Origin: Nannocystis bainbridge
GTDB lineage: Bacteria > Myxococcota_A > Polyangia > Nannocystales > Nannocystaceae
Length of the DNA: 64,000 bases
Assembly: GCF_028368995.1 (NCBI RefSeq)
Contig: NZ_JAQNDL010000003.1
Location: 320,001-384,000 of the forward strand
Direction of reading: 5' to 3'
The notes beneath the pieces are model-generated. The model made no database searches. It was not told the origin of the DNA and saw nothing but the letters and a program-made list of their open reading frames with translations. Every line of letters starts with the position of its first letter. The stretch's first letter is position 1. The position numbers and the translations under genes were made by a program. This document shows, one piece after another, positions 52,295 through 64,000 of this stretch.

Positions 52295-53878
52295 ATGCGG
52301 CGCCAGGCCCCCATCAAGCGCTCGAGCACCGGTCAGCGGACCATCGCCGGCTCGAAGTCCGCCGATGTCGCCAACCTCGACGATCGCCCGCTGTCGATCC
52401 ACATCACCCGCGACGGCAAGCACCTCGTCGTCCCGCTGCCGTACGAGCTGTGGATCCTCGGCGTCAACAGCTTCGAGGTCGTGCGCACGATCGAGTGCGC
52501 CAACCCGGAGCCGTCGGTGAGCGAGGGCGCCAAGGACGGCCAGCTGTGGATCGGCGGCCATCACCTCTACTTCGGCAGCGTGTTCTCGACCGCGCTGACC
52601 AAGGTCGGCAGCAAGCTCGGCGACTTCGTCGATCGCGTGGCCCTGGTCCGCGGCGGCGTGCTGTGCGGCGTCGGGGCGACCGGCGAGATCCTGTTCGACG
52701 TCGACAAGGAGACCCCGCTGCACCGGCGCAAGGTGTCGGAGCGGGTCGTCACCGGCCTCGTCAACCTCGACGGGCGCGCGCTGTGGGCCGACGGCTCGAG
52801 CACCGCGTGGCTCATCGATCCCGATCGGCCCTCCGGCTACACCCAGCTCAAGCTGCGCGCCACCAGCCCGACCGAGGTCGACGCCGAGGGCATCGCCGCG
52901 CTCGGCGCCACCACCACCGGCCGCGCGATCCTCTGCGCCCGCGACGGCGCGGTCGCCTGGACCGGCAAGCACCTGCGCGTCGACGGCGAGCGCTTCCCTC
53001 GCCTCGCCGCGCGCCAGGCCGCCCCGCTGGCCTGCGGCGGCGACGAGCGCCACGTCTACGTGCTGCGGCCCAAGGGTCTGCTGCAGCGGTTCCTCATCGA
53101 GCAGCCCAGACCCCAACCTGGCGAAGAGGACAGCTTCGTCCCGCTGCCCGAGGCCGAGGAGACGCGGCTGCAGTGGCCGGCGACCTGCATGCTGGTCCTC
53201 GGGACAGGTCACGGCGCGGCCCGGATCGTGCTCGGCGGCCCGCAGGCCGAGGGCATGCTCGGCCGGCTGTGGCGCGTCGATCCCGACGCCCTCACCTGGC
53301 AGAAGGTCGCGCCCGGCAAGCGCGCCCTCGTCGAGCCGCGCCCCGCCGAGCCCGAAGAGGCCAACAAGCGGCCCGACTTCACGCCCACCCGCAGCAAGCT
53401 GACCGGCGCCCCGATCTCCGCGCTCAAGGTCGACGCCGTGCTCGCCGCCGACCTCGCGCAGGTGTTCGTCAGCCACGGCCACGGCGCGCTGCTCGAGCGC
53501 CCGGTCGTGCGCCGTCCGGCCAGCGATGTCCTGCCCGGCGACGCCCTGCTGCTGCCGGCGATGGTCCGCTTCCACGAGGGCACGGCGCGCCCGGCCCTGG
53601 TGCTGTGGCCCGGCACGCCCGACGCGGGCCGCGAGCCGCCGCCGCTGCGCTGGCTGGCGTGGGCCGACAACCCGCGCGGGTGGATCGAGCTGACGACGCC
53701 GGAGATCCGCAAGCAGGGCTGGTCGCGCGCCGACGTGTTCCCGCTGCAGGTCGCCGTCGCCGCCGCGCCCGCGGTCGCCGGCAACCGCGAGCCGATCCCC
53801 GACAAGTGGGTCGACCCCGAGCTGTTCGCCGCCCTCGCCCGCGAGTGCAAGAAGCTGCTCAAGGTGCTCTGGGAGTAG
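52295..53878 (+). CDS. Hypothetical protein with a probable N-terminal beta-propeller
   Basis: 527-aa ORF, beta-strand-rich WD-like segments, no signal peptide. Confidence 0.65.
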   Translation: MRRQAPIKRSSTGQRTIAGSKSADVANLDDRPLSIHITRDGKHLVVPLPYELWILGVNSFEVVRTIECANPEPSVSEGAKDGQLWIGGHHLYFGSVFSTALTKVGSKLGDFVDRVALVRGGVLCGVGATGEILFDVDKETPLHRRKVSERVVTGLVNLDGRALWADGSSTAWLIDPDRPSGYTQLKLRATSPTEVDAEGIAALGATTTGRAILCARDGAVAWTGKHLRVDGERFPRLAARQAAPLACGGDERHVYVLRPKGLLQRFLIEQPRPQPGEEDSFVPLPEAEETRLQWPATCMLVLGTGHGAARIVLGGPQAEGMLGRLWRVDPDALTWQKVAPGKRALVEPRPAEPEEANKRPDFTPTRSKLTGAPISALKVDAVLAADLAQVFVSHGHGALLERPVVRRPASDVLPGDALLLPAMVRFHEGTARPALVLWPGTPDAGREPPPLRWLAWADNPRGWIELTTPEIRKQGWSRADVFPLQVAVAAAPAVAGNREPIPDKWVDPELFAALARECKKLLKVLWE

Positions 53879-53882
53879 TCGT

Positions 53883-53948
53883 CTACATGTCCCCCGGGGC
53901 ATGTCCTGAAGCGCATGCGCCATAGGACATGTCCTCAGGAGCATGTCC
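53883..53948. repeat. Array of five 14-bp-period units between convergent genes
   Basis: Units at 53883, 53897, 53911, 53925 and 53939, each with a CATG core. Confidence 0.9.
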
Positions 53949-54042
53949 TGAAGTGACCATCGGTGCGACGCCCCTCGGCGTCGCCCTCGCGCCGCGGAGG
54001 CCGGACTCCGGCTGACGCAGGCCTCGCCCGCGAGCGGGCACG

Positions 54043-54073
54043 AAAAAGGGCGGCGCGGTCGCCCGCGTCGCCC
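54043..54073 (-). terminator. Probable intrinsic terminator of the LeuA-family gene
   Basis: Minus strand GGGCGACGCGG-GCGA-CCGCGCCGCCC followed by TTTTT, about 20 nt after the stop. Confidence 0.6.
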
Positions 54074-54095
54074 TCGTGTGCGCGAGCGCGGCGGA

Positions 54096-55346
<1,251 letters not shown>

Positions 55347-55352
55347 GGCCTG

Positions 55353-56372
55353 TCAGTCCTCCGTTCCGGTCGCCACCTCGAGCCCCTCGAGGCGGAAGAA
55401 GCGGCGCAGCTCGTCGACGAGACCGATCATCAGCAGCTCGGGGATGTCGTCGTCCCCTTCGATCTCGTCGAGCAAGAAGTCTCGCATGAGCACGATGCTG
55501 TCCAGCCGGGCGTCGGCGTCGTCGGTGCGTGCGCGACCGACGAACGTCACGATCCCGCGCGGATCCGCACCGGCCTCGACCTGGGTGGTCGTCGGCCGCG
55601 GCTGCACGTTGATCGGCGCGCTGGCGACCAGCTTCAGCACCTGGTCCGGGATGTCCTCGAGCAGCGCCTCGAAGTGGCCGCGCAGGTCCTCGGCCAGTTC
55701 CTCGGTGACCGGCTCCTGGTCCTCGAGATCGCGCGCGTCGAGCTCGAGCACCTTGAGCATCTCGTTCCGCGCGCCAGTGAAGTCGCCGAGCACCTCGAGC
55801 GCCTGGGCGTACCAGTAGTGGACGTCCGGATCCTCCGGATCGACCGCGACCGCGCGCCCGAGCGACTCCGCCGCCTCCTTGGGCCGGTTCGAGTTCATGA
55901 GCACGAAGCCGTGGATGCTGAGGTACGCGGCGTCGTTCTTGCGCTCGGCGCTGATGCCCTCGAGCAGCTCGAGCGCCTCGTCGGTGTCGTCGTCGCTGAG
56001 GCGGATCTGCGCCAACAGCAGGCGCGCTTGATCGATCGAGTCGGTGTCGGCCCCCTCGAGCCGGAGCACCGCGCGCGCCGCGGCCTCGGCCTCGTCGAGA
56101 TCCTCGCCGTGCGAGAGCAGGCACTCGGCGCAGTCGAGGTAGATCTGCGGATCCTCGGGCGCCCCGTCGGCGGCCTGCATCAGATAACCCGCGGCCTGAT
56201 CGAGGCGACCTTGCGCCCAGGCGACCATCCCGGCCAGGTGCAACACCCGCACGTGGTTCTCGCCGCCGAGCCGAGCCGCCTCCTCGAGGGCGTCCTCCGC
56301 CGTCTTGAGGTCGTCGTCATCGACGGCTGCGAGCCCGCGGTCGACGATTGCATCCAGTGACTGCTGCTTCAT
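55353..56372 (-). CDS. TPR protein with a C-terminal zincin-like (Zincin_1) domain, degenerate active site
   Basis: N-terminal TPRs; C-terminal P...DPRGIVTFVG...IVL...LVDELRRFF. Confidence 0.7.
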   Translation of the reverse strand: MKQQSLDAIVDRGLAAVDDDDLKTAEDALEEAARLGGENHVRVLHLAGMVAWAQGRLDQAAGYLMQAADGAPEDPQIYLDCAECLLSHGEDLDEAEAAARAVLRLEGADTDSIDQARLLLAQIRLSDDDTDEALELLEGISAERKNDAAYLSIHGFVLMNSNRPKEAAESLGRAVAVDPEDPDVHYWYAQALEVLGDFTGARNEMLKVLELDARDLEDQEPVTEELAEDLRGHFEALLEDIPDQVLKLVASAPINVQPRPTTTQVEAGADPRGIVTFVGRARTDDADARLDSIVLMRDFLLDEIEGDDDIPELLMIGLVDELRRFFRLEGLEVATGTED

Positions 56373-56452
56373 GGGCGCGAACTCTAACACGGCGTCTCGC
56401 GCGACCGACCGGGCGCGTGCGGGCCCGCGCTCGAGGTACAAGCCGGCGCGAC

Positions 56453-56995
56453 ATGCCGGCCCCCGCATCGCTCGACTCGCCAGACGTGAGGCTGCTCATG
56501 AGGCTCCTGCAGGAGCGCTGGGTGTTCGCCCTCGCCACGCGGGACGACGACGACGGCCTGCCCTACGCGACTCCTCTCTTCTATGCCGCCGCCGCGCTGC
56601 CGGGCTCGCCCGCGCCGGTCCTCGTGTTCGCCAGCCGGCCCGACACCCGCCACGGGCGGGCGATCGGCGACGGTCCGGCCGCGGTGGCCGCCGCGATCTA
56701 CCTCGAGACCGAGGTCCTCGGCGAAGTCCGCGGCGTGCAGCTGCGCGGCGAGGTCGTGGTGTGCACGGGGCTACACGCGGACGCCGCCGCCAGCCTGCGC
56801 GCCGCCTACCTCGAGCGCCACCCGGTCGCCGCGGCGCACCTCGGCGAGCGCGACCGGCTGTACGCCCTGGCGATCACCTGGGCCAAGCTGACCGACAACC
56901 GCATCGGCTTCGGCAAGCGGCTGGTATGGACCTTCGAGCCGCCCTGGCGCCGTGAAAATCCCGCCGGGCCGGGTGAACAAATCGCGCTACCCTGA
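56453..56995 (+). CDS. Pyridoxamine 5'-phosphate oxidase-like split-barrel protein (YhbP-like)
   Basis: ALAT...PYATPLFY, SRPDTRHG, RGVQLRG, YLERHP, KLTDNRIGFGK. Confidence 0.8.
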   Translation: MPAPASLDSPDVRLLMRLLQERWVFALATRDDDDGLPYATPLFYAAAALPGSPAPVLVFASRPDTRHGRAIGDGPAAVAAAIYLETEVLGEVRGVQLRGEVVVCTGLHADAAASLRAAYLERHPVAAAHLGERDRLYALAITWAKLTDNRIGFGKRLVWTFEPPWRRENPAGPGEQIALP

Positions 56996-57013
56996 CGTCG
57001 TCGGGATTTGCGC

Positions 57014-57601
57014 ATGATCACTCGGCGACTTTGGCTCTCGGCGGCAGCAGCGGTTGCGACGACCCTCATCCCCGGCCCGGCGATCGCGGCCGAGCCGCTC
57101 GAGGTCACGGCCCCCACGCGCGTGCTCGGGGCCATCGTCGCCGCCGAGGGCGGCGCGGCTGTGGTCGTCCGCATCGACGCCACGCTCGGCCCGGCCGACC
57201 TCCGCGTCGCTGGCGCTGTGCACAGCGTCGCCGTCAGTCAGCGCGGTCTCCTCGACGACCCGCGCAACGCCCCCCGCGTCGGCGCGGGCGTGCGCAAGAT
57301 CCTCTCTGCCGTACGACCCGACCTCGCGGCAACGTTCGAGGCCAATCACAAGGCGTGGACCCTGACCTTCGTGCGCAAGGTGCTGGCGTGGAACGCTCGC
57401 CTCGCCGCCTCGCCGGTCCGGGGCAAGCGGATCGTCGACTCCTTCGACCGCGCAGCCTTGCTCGCGTGGGCGGGGGCGGTCGTCGACCCCAAGGGACAGC
57501 CGTCGCCGCCGGCCCTCGCGCGCGCGCCGAAGGACGCGGCCGCGAGCACGCTCGAGAGCTACGTCGCATACGTCGAAGCGCTCGTGCGTAGCCTCGAGTG
57601 A
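57014..57601 (+). CDS. Exported protein resembling a shortened ZnuA/TroA solute-binding protein
   Basis: RR-containing signal peptide; LLDDPRNA...LSAVRPDLAATFEAN resembles the WLDPxNA...DP...YxAN backbone. Confidence 0.55.
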   Translation: MITRRLWLSAAAAVATTLIPGPAIAAEPLEVTAPTRVLGAIVAAEGGAAVVVRIDATLGPADLRVAGAVHSVAVSQRGLLDDPRNAPRVGAGVRKILSAVRPDLAATFEANHKAWTLTFVRKVLAWNARLAASPVRGKRIVDSFDRAALLAWAGAVVDPKGQPSPPALARAPKDAAASTLESYVAYVEALVRSLE

Positions 57602-57745
57602 GCCGCGGGTGCGTGCTTCGACATGGCGCACGTAGCTTGTGCTGGCTCACGGGCCTGGCCCAGGGCTCGCCATGACAATGAAACCGGCCACGGCGCATAC
57701 TCCTGACACGCGCGCGGGCCACGTCTGCGCGCGCTCGTTGCGGTC

Positions 57746-59614
57746 ATGGATACGTTCGCTTCCACAAATTCGACCTCCCAGCGCGAGCTCATCGAATCGG
57801 TCGTGATTCGCTTCGCCGGCGACTCCGGCGATGGCATGCAGCTCACCGGCTCCCAGTTCTCGGACACGACCGCGCTGATGGGTAACGACCTGTCGACGCT
57901 GCCCGACTTCCCGGCGGAGATCCGCGCCCCCGCGGGCACGACCTTCGGCGTGTCGGGCTTCCAGGTCCACTTCGCCGCGCACGACATCATGACGCCGGGC
58001 GACGCGCCCGACGTGCTGGTGGCGATGAACCCGGCGGCGCTGAAGGTCAACCTGCGCGACCTCAAGCCGGGCGGCCTGCTCGTCGTCAACACCGGCGCCT
58101 TCACGGCGGGCAACCTCAAGAAGGCCGGCTACGACAAGAACCCGCTCGACGACAGCAGCCTCGACGGCTACCGCCTGCTCAAGATCGACATCACCAAGCA
58201 CACGCTGCAGTCGGTGGAGTCGTTCGGCCTCGGCAACAAGGAGGCCGTGCGCGCCAAGAACATGTGGACGCTCGGCCTGATGATGTGGATGTTCGGCCGC
58301 GAGCGCGAGAGCACCGCCGAGTGGTTGCGCGGCAAGTTCGCCAAGAACCCGGCCGTCGCCGACGCCAACATCGCCGCGCTCAACGCCGGCCACGTCTACG
58401 GCGAGACCGCCGAGATGCCGCAGGGCATCCACGCCTACGAGGTCCCCAAGGCCAAGCTGCAGGAGGGCCACTACCGCAACGTCACCGGCAACGAGGCGAC
58501 CGCGTGGGGCCTGCTCGCCGGCGGCAAGCTGGCCGGCCTCGAGCTCATGCTCGGCAGCTACCCGATCACGCCGGCCTCGACGATCCTGCACTACCTGTCG
58601 AACCTGCGCGCCTACGGCATCACCACCTTCCAGGCCGAGGACGAGATCGCGGCGGTGTGCGCCGCGATCGGGGCCTCGTACGCCGGCGCGCTCGGCATCA
58701 CCACCACCTCGGGTCCCGGCCTCGCGCTCAAGACCGAGGCGATCGGCCTCGCGGTCACGACCGAGCTCCCGCTCATCATCGTCGACGTCCAGCGCGGCGG
58801 CCCCTCGACCGGCCTGCCGACCAAGACCGAGCAGAGCGACCTCCTCTTCGCCATCTACGGCCGCAACGGCGACTGCCCGCTGGTCGTGCTGGCCGCCTCG
58901 ACGCCCGGCGACTGCTTCACCATGGCGATCGAGGCCGTGCGCCTCGCCACCAAGTACATGACCCCGGTCATCCTCCTGACCGACGGCTTCCTCGCCAACA
59001 GCGCCGAGCCGTGGAAGATCCCGGACATCAGCAGCTTCGAGCCCTTCCCGGTCAAGCAGCGCACCGACCCGGTCGGCTTCCACCCGTTCCTGCGCGACCC
59101 GCAGACGCTCGCGCGCAACTGGGCCATCCCCGGCACCCCCGGCCTCGAGCACCGCATCGGCGGCCTCGAGAAGAGCTACGACTCCGGCAACATCTCCTAC
59201 GACCCGGACAACCACCACAAGATGGTCAAGGTCCGCGCGGCCAAGGTCGCCGGCGTCGCCGAGGACGTCCCGCTGCAGGCGATCGACCAGGGCGAGGACA
59301 GCGGCGACCTGCTCGTGGTCGGCTGGGGCTCGACCTTCGGCGCCATCAGCTCGGCGGTGCTCGGCGCGCGCAAGGCCGGCCTCAAGGTCTCGCACGCGCA
59401 CATCCGCTACATGCACCCGATGCCGAAGAACCTCGGCGAGGTGCTGCGGCGCTTCAAGCACGTCCTCGTGCCCGAGATGAACAACGGCATGCTGGTCAAG
59501 ATCCTGCGCAGCGACTTCTTGATCGACGCGCGCGGCCTCAACAAGATCGCCGGTCAGCCCTTCAAGATCGCCGAGATCGAGGCCGAGATCCGCGGCCTCC
59601 TCGCCTCCTCCTGA
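57746..59614 (+). CDS. korA: 2-oxoacid:ferredoxin oxidoreductase alpha subunit (gamma-alpha fusion)
   Basis: FAGDSGDGMQLTG, PAEIRAPAG, YPITPAS, QAEDEIA, TSGPG, QRGGPSTGLPTK. Confidence 0.93.
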   Translation: MDTFASTNSTSQRELIESVVIRFAGDSGDGMQLTGSQFSDTTALMGNDLSTLPDFPAEIRAPAGTTFGVSGFQVHFAAHDIMTPGDAPDVLVAMNPAALKVNLRDLKPGGLLVVNTGAFTAGNLKKAGYDKNPLDDSSLDGYRLLKIDITKHTLQSVESFGLGNKEAVRAKNMWTLGLMMWMFGRERESTAEWLRGKFAKNPAVADANIAALNAGHVYGETAEMPQGIHAYEVPKAKLQEGHYRNVTGNEATAWGLLAGGKLAGLELMLGSYPITPASTILHYLSNLRAYGITTFQAEDEIAAVCAAIGASYAGALGITTTSGPGLALKTEAIGLAVTTELPLIIVDVQRGGPSTGLPTKTEQSDLLFAIYGRNGDCPLVVLAASTPGDCFTMAIEAVRLATKYMTPVILLTDGFLANSAEPWKIPDISSFEPFPVKQRTDPVGFHPFLRDPQTLARNWAIPGTPGLEHRIGGLEKSYDSGNISYDPDNHHKMVKVRAAKVAGVAEDVPLQAIDQGEDSGDLLVVGWGSTFGAISSAVLGARKAGLKVSHAHIRYMHPMPKNLGEVLRRFKHVLVPEMNNGMLVKILRSDFLIDARGLNKIAGQPFKIAEIEAEIRGLLASS

Positions 59615-59627
59615 AAGTTCCACGCCG

Positions 59628-60677
59628 ATGACGCCCCTCGACCCTCCGAACCCGCCGCTGACCCGCAAGGACTTCACCTCCGACCAGGAGGTCCGCTGGT
59701 GCCCCGGTTGTGGTGACTACGCGATCCTCGCGGCGGTTCAGCGCATGCTCCCCGAGCTCGGGGTGCGGCGCGAGAACACCGTGTTCATCTCCGGCATCGG
59801 CTGCTCGAGCCGGTTTCCGTACTACATGAACACGTACGGCTTCCACACGATCCACGGCCGCGCGCCCGCGGTCGCCACCGGCCTCAAGCTCGCCAACCCG
59901 CAGCTCGACGTCTGGCTGATCACCGGCGACGGCGACGGCCTCAGCATCGGCGGCAACCACCTGATCCACGTCCTGCGGCGCAACCTCAACCTGCAGATCA
60001 TCCTGTTCAACAACCGGATCTACGGGCTGACCAAGGGCCAGTACTCGCCGACCTCGCTGCTCGGCAAGCGCTCGCCGTCGTCGCCGATGGGCTCGGTCGA
60101 CAACCCGATCGCCCCGGCCGCGTTCGCGCTCGGCTGTGGCGCGCGCTTCGTCGCCCGCGGCGTCGACACCGACGCCAAGAACCTCATCAACACCCTCAAG
60201 CGCGCCCACGAGTTCCAGGGCACCGGCTTCGTCGAGGTGTTCCAGAACTGCCCGGTCTTCAACGACGGCGCGTTCGACCACTTCACCGCCAAGGACGTCG
60301 CGGCGCAGCAGCAGCTGCACCTCGAGCACGGCAAGCCGATGCGCTTCGGCGACGGCAAGGGCCTGCGCCTGCGCCCCGGCAGCCTCGACATCGAGGTCGT
60401 CACCGTCGGCGAGAACGAGGTCACCGAGGCCGACCTGCTGGTGCACGACGAGACCAACCGGTCCCAGGCGTTCCTGCTCGCCAACCTCGACCCGCCGACC
60501 TTCCCGGTCGCCGTCGGCGTGCTGTTCTGCAGCGACGAGAACCTGGTCCCGTTCGAGGTCGGCACGCACGAGCAGAACAAGCAGGCGCGCGCCCGCGGGC
60601 TCGGCGATCTCAACGCCCTCATGCGCAAGGGTCACACGTGGAAGGTCGACGCCGACCACGGTGACGAGGCCGGCTGA
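59628..60677 (+). CDS. korB: 2-oxoacid:ferredoxin oxidoreductase beta subunit
   Basis: WCPGCGD, SGIGCSSR, HGRA, GDGDGLSIGGNH, YGLTKGQYSPT. Confidence 0.94.
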   Translation: MTPLDPPNPPLTRKDFTSDQEVRWCPGCGDYAILAAVQRMLPELGVRRENTVFISGIGCSSRFPYYMNTYGFHTIHGRAPAVATGLKLANPQLDVWLITGDGDGLSIGGNHLIHVLRRNLNLQIILFNNRIYGLTKGQYSPTSLLGKRSPSSPMGSVDNPIAPAAFALGCGARFVARGVDTDAKNLINTLKRAHEFQGTGFVEVFQNCPVFNDGAFDHFTAKDVAAQQQLHLEHGKPMRFGDGKGLRLRPGSLDIEVVTVGENEVTEADLLVHDETNRSQAFLLANLDPPTFPVAVGVLFCSDENLVPFEVGTHEQNKQARARGLGDLNALMRKGHTWKVDADHGDEAG

Positions 60678-60892
60678 GCGCGCTGGCTCGCGCACTCGAC
60701 CGTCACGTGCGTGTCTGCACGACGCTCGCGGGCCTCGGCCGTTCGCGCGTCGCTGACGACCGCGCACGACCGTCTGCGACGGCATCGGCGTGAAACTACG
60801 CGCGCGGCGCGAGAGCGCGGCGCGCGTACTTTTTGCGAAGAATCAACCACGCGCCCCTGTCGTCGGACCCATTGATTCCACAGGATCGAGTC

Positions 60893-61852
<960 letters not shown>

Positions 61853-61861
61853 GCCGCCCGG

Positions 61862-61941
61862 GGACCTGTCGCTTCAGCCAGGTCCCATCGCACATGGCCA
61901 TCAGGCCATGAATCTACGGACAGGTTCTTCGGGACCTGTCC
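61862..61941. repeat. Array of six 14-bp-period units between convergent genes
   Basis: Units at 61862, 61876, 61890, 61904, 61918 and 61932. Confidence 0.85.
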
Positions 61942-61947
61942 GTTCGT

Positions 61948-62208
61948 TCATCCGCGCCAGCGGACCAGCCGCGCCTGCCCGCTGTGCTTCAGCACCCGCG
62001 CCAGCTTGAGCAGCTCGCCGGCCACCCACGCGTCCTCGGGCGCGGGCGCGAGGATCGCCTGGCCGGCCGCGTCCCACGTCAGCTCGGCGGCGACGGTCGT
62101 CCCGTCGGCCACGAACACGCGCGCTTGATAGCGCAGCGGCTCGCTGGCTTCGCGTTCGCACACGAAGCGCGCGCCGGCGGTGGGGTGCAGCTCCTGACTC
62201 GAGACCAC
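61948..62208 (-). CDS. Small hypothetical protein (86 aa)
   Basis: GTG start 7 nt after AGGAG; only the 3' part of ORF 61948..62991 looks protein-like. Confidence 0.6.
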   Translation of the reverse strand: MVSSQELHPTAGARFVCEREASEPLRYQARVFVADGTTVAAELTWDAAGQAILAPAPEDAWVAGELLKLARVLKHSGQARLVRWRG

Positions 62209-62219
62209 GGCCACGCTCC

Positions 62220-62975
62220 TCAGAACCGCAGGCCCAGGCCCGTGGGCGCCTCGCCGCGCGTGGGCCCGATGTTGCCGAGCTCGGACGGCCCGTTCGCCTT
62301 GCTCTGGCTCACCAGCACCCCGGCCGTCACGCCGCCGGCGACCGCGAGCACGCCGACGACGATCACGCCCCAGAACCAGCCCTTCTTGTAGACCGGCTGC
62401 TTGCTCGGCGGCGGCGCGTCGCCCCCGCGCGGCGGCGCGGTCTCGACGGCCTCGGACGGCCCCTCCGGCGTCGCCGCGGCCGGCGTGCGCGCGGCGATCT
62501 CCGCCAGCTGCTCGTCGATCTTGGCGATCTGCGCCTCGGCGTCGTCGCGCTGCTCCTGATCCATCTTCGGATCGTCGGCCAGCGCCTTGAGGTAGTTCTG
62601 GAACAGCCGCCGAGCCTTGCGCAGGTTGCCGGCGTCGCTCGAGAGCCCGTACCACTGGGTGTAGGCCAGGCCGAGGTTGTAGAGCAGGTAGGGGTGGTTC
62701 GACAGCGCGTAGCTGCGCTCGAAGTGGACGATCGCCTGCTCGTAGTTGCCGAGCGCGTAGGCCTGCGTGCCGGCCTTGTACTCGACCGCAGGATCGTCCG
62801 ACAGCGGCACCTTCGACGTCGCCTTGTCGCCCTCGCCTGCTGTCCCGGAGGACCTGTCCCCAGAGACAGCCGGCTCGTCGGCCACGCGCGCGCGCGCGCC
62901 GGCCGGAGTGAACACGATCGCCCCCGCCAGCGCGACGGCGAGCGAGGGACCCGAGGACCGCGCAAGCAGGTTCAC
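62220..62975 (-). CDS. Exported TPR protein with a C-terminal TM segment
   Basis: Signal peptide; YKAGTQAYALGNYEQAIVHFERSY...LLYNLG TPR; PVYKKGWFWG-TM, typical of myxobacterial TPR/PEGA proteins. Confidence 0.78.
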   Translation of the reverse strand: MNLLARSSGPSLAVALAGAIVFTPAGARARVADEPAVSGDRSSGTAGEGDKATSKVPLSDDPAVEYKAGTQAYALGNYEQAIVHFERSYALSNHPYLLYNLGLAYTQWYGLSSDAGNLRKARRLFQNYLKALADDPKMDQEQRDDAEAQIAKIDEQLAEIAARTPAAATPEGPSEAVETAPPRGGDAPPPSKQPVYKKGWFWGVIVVGVLAVAGGVTAGVLVSQSKANGPSELGNIGPTRGEAPTGLGLRF

Positions 62976-63088
62976 GCCGCGAGCGTGCCATCGCCCGTCG
63001 GCAAATGCCACACCCCGCCCCGGACCGCCGGGCGCGCCTTGCGCTGATTGCGCCATCCGCATCACGACAACCTGGCCTTCGGGCCAGC

Positions 63089-64000
63089 TCAGACGTTGAA
63101 GCGGAAGTGCATCACGTCGCCGTCCTGGACCACGTACTCCTTGCCCTCGACGCGGAGCAGGCCCTTGGACTTGACGGCGGCTTCGGAGCCGAGCCGGACC
63201 AGATCCTCCCAGCCCTGGACCTCGGCGCGGATGAAGCCACGCTCGAAGTCGGTGTGGATCTTGCCGGCCGCCTGGGGGGCATGGGTGCCGCGGCGGATGG
63301 TCCAGGCGCGGACCTCCTGCTTGCCGGCGGTGAAGAAGGTGATGAGGTCGAGCAGCGCGTAGGCCTGGCGGATCAGGCGGTTCAGGCCCGGCTCGGTGAC
63401 GCCGAGGCCGTCGAGGAACTCGCGCCGCTCGTCCGGCGACAGGCTGACGACCTCGGCCTCGATCGCCGCCGAGATCACCACGACCTCGGAGTTCTCGCGC
63501 GCCGCCAGCTCGACGACCTTGGCCACCAGCGGATCGGAGGTCCCGGCCGACAGCTGCGACTCGGCGACGTTGGCCGCGTAGAGCATCGGCTTGGCGGTCA
63601 GCAGCGTCAGCGACTTCATCACCTCGCGCGCCTCGTCGTCGAGCTCGATGGTCCGCGCCGGCTGGCCGCGGTTCATCGCCGCCAGCAGCTTCTCGCAGGT
63701 CGCGGCCGCCAGCTTCTCCGCCTTGTCGCCGCTCTTCGAGTTCTTGACCGCCTTCTGCAGCCGCGACTCGACCGACTGGATGTCGCGCAGCAGCAGTTCG
63801 GTGTTGATCACCTCGGCGTCGTCGACCGGGTCGACCTTGCCGTGGACGTGGACGATGCCGCCGTCGTCGAAGCAGCGGACCACGTGGACGATCGCGTCGA
63901 CGTTGCGGATGTGGCTGAGGAAGGCGTTGCCCTTGCCCTCGCCCTGGCTGGCGCCCTTGACGAGGCCGGCGATGTCGACGAACTCGACCGCCGTCGGCAC
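63089..64000 (-). CDS. ychF: YchF ATPase (5'-truncated by the window edge)
   Basis: FVDIAGLVKGASQGEGKGNAFL, AGKIHTDFERGFIRAE, EGKEYVVQDGDVMHFRFNV. Confidence 0.96.
   Translation of the reverse strand: MPTAVEFVDIAGLVKGASQGEGKGNAFLSHIRNVDAIVHVVRCFDDGGIVHVHGKVDPVDDAEVINTELLLRDIQSVESRLQKAVKNSKSGDKAEKLAAATCEKLLAAMNRGQPARTIELDDEAREVMKSLTLLTAKPMLYAANVAESQLSAGTSDPLVAKVVELAARENSEVVVISAAIEAEVVSLSPDERREFLDGLGVTEPGLNRLIRQAYALLDLITFFTAGKQEVRAWTIRRGTHAPQAAGKIHTDFERGFIRAEVQGWEDLVRLGSEAAVKSKGLLRVEGKEYVVQDGDVMHFRFNV

Overview
Very GC-rich bacterial chromosomal window. The gene content points to a myxobacterium, probably Nannocystis-like (inference): Hanks kinases, a MYXO-CTERM protein, a giant TPR protein and many Thr-linker lipoproteins. 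Housekeeping genes are a 5'-truncated RecQ helicase, rpmB, apaG, adk, a pssA-like gene, sucA-sucB-lpdA, korAB, a LeuA-family synthase and partial ychF, interleaved with lipoprotein and signalling genes. I saw no rRNA, tRNA, CRISPR array, transposase or integrase. Two signals stand out. (1) A dispersed DNA-level motif with 14-bp periodicity (GGACATGTCC-like 10-mer plus 4-bp spacer, equivalently TGTCC-N4-GGACA) occurs at more than 20 loci. It forms in-phase arrays of up to 6 units in intergenic gaps and also lies inside coding sequences, including the SucB linker and the lpdA start codon. (2) A split ORF at 14265-14831 reads through an in-frame TGA to give a UxxC peroxiredoxin-like lipoprotein, with a SECIS-like hairpin just downstream. 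All calls come from reading motifs by eye; no database searches were run.
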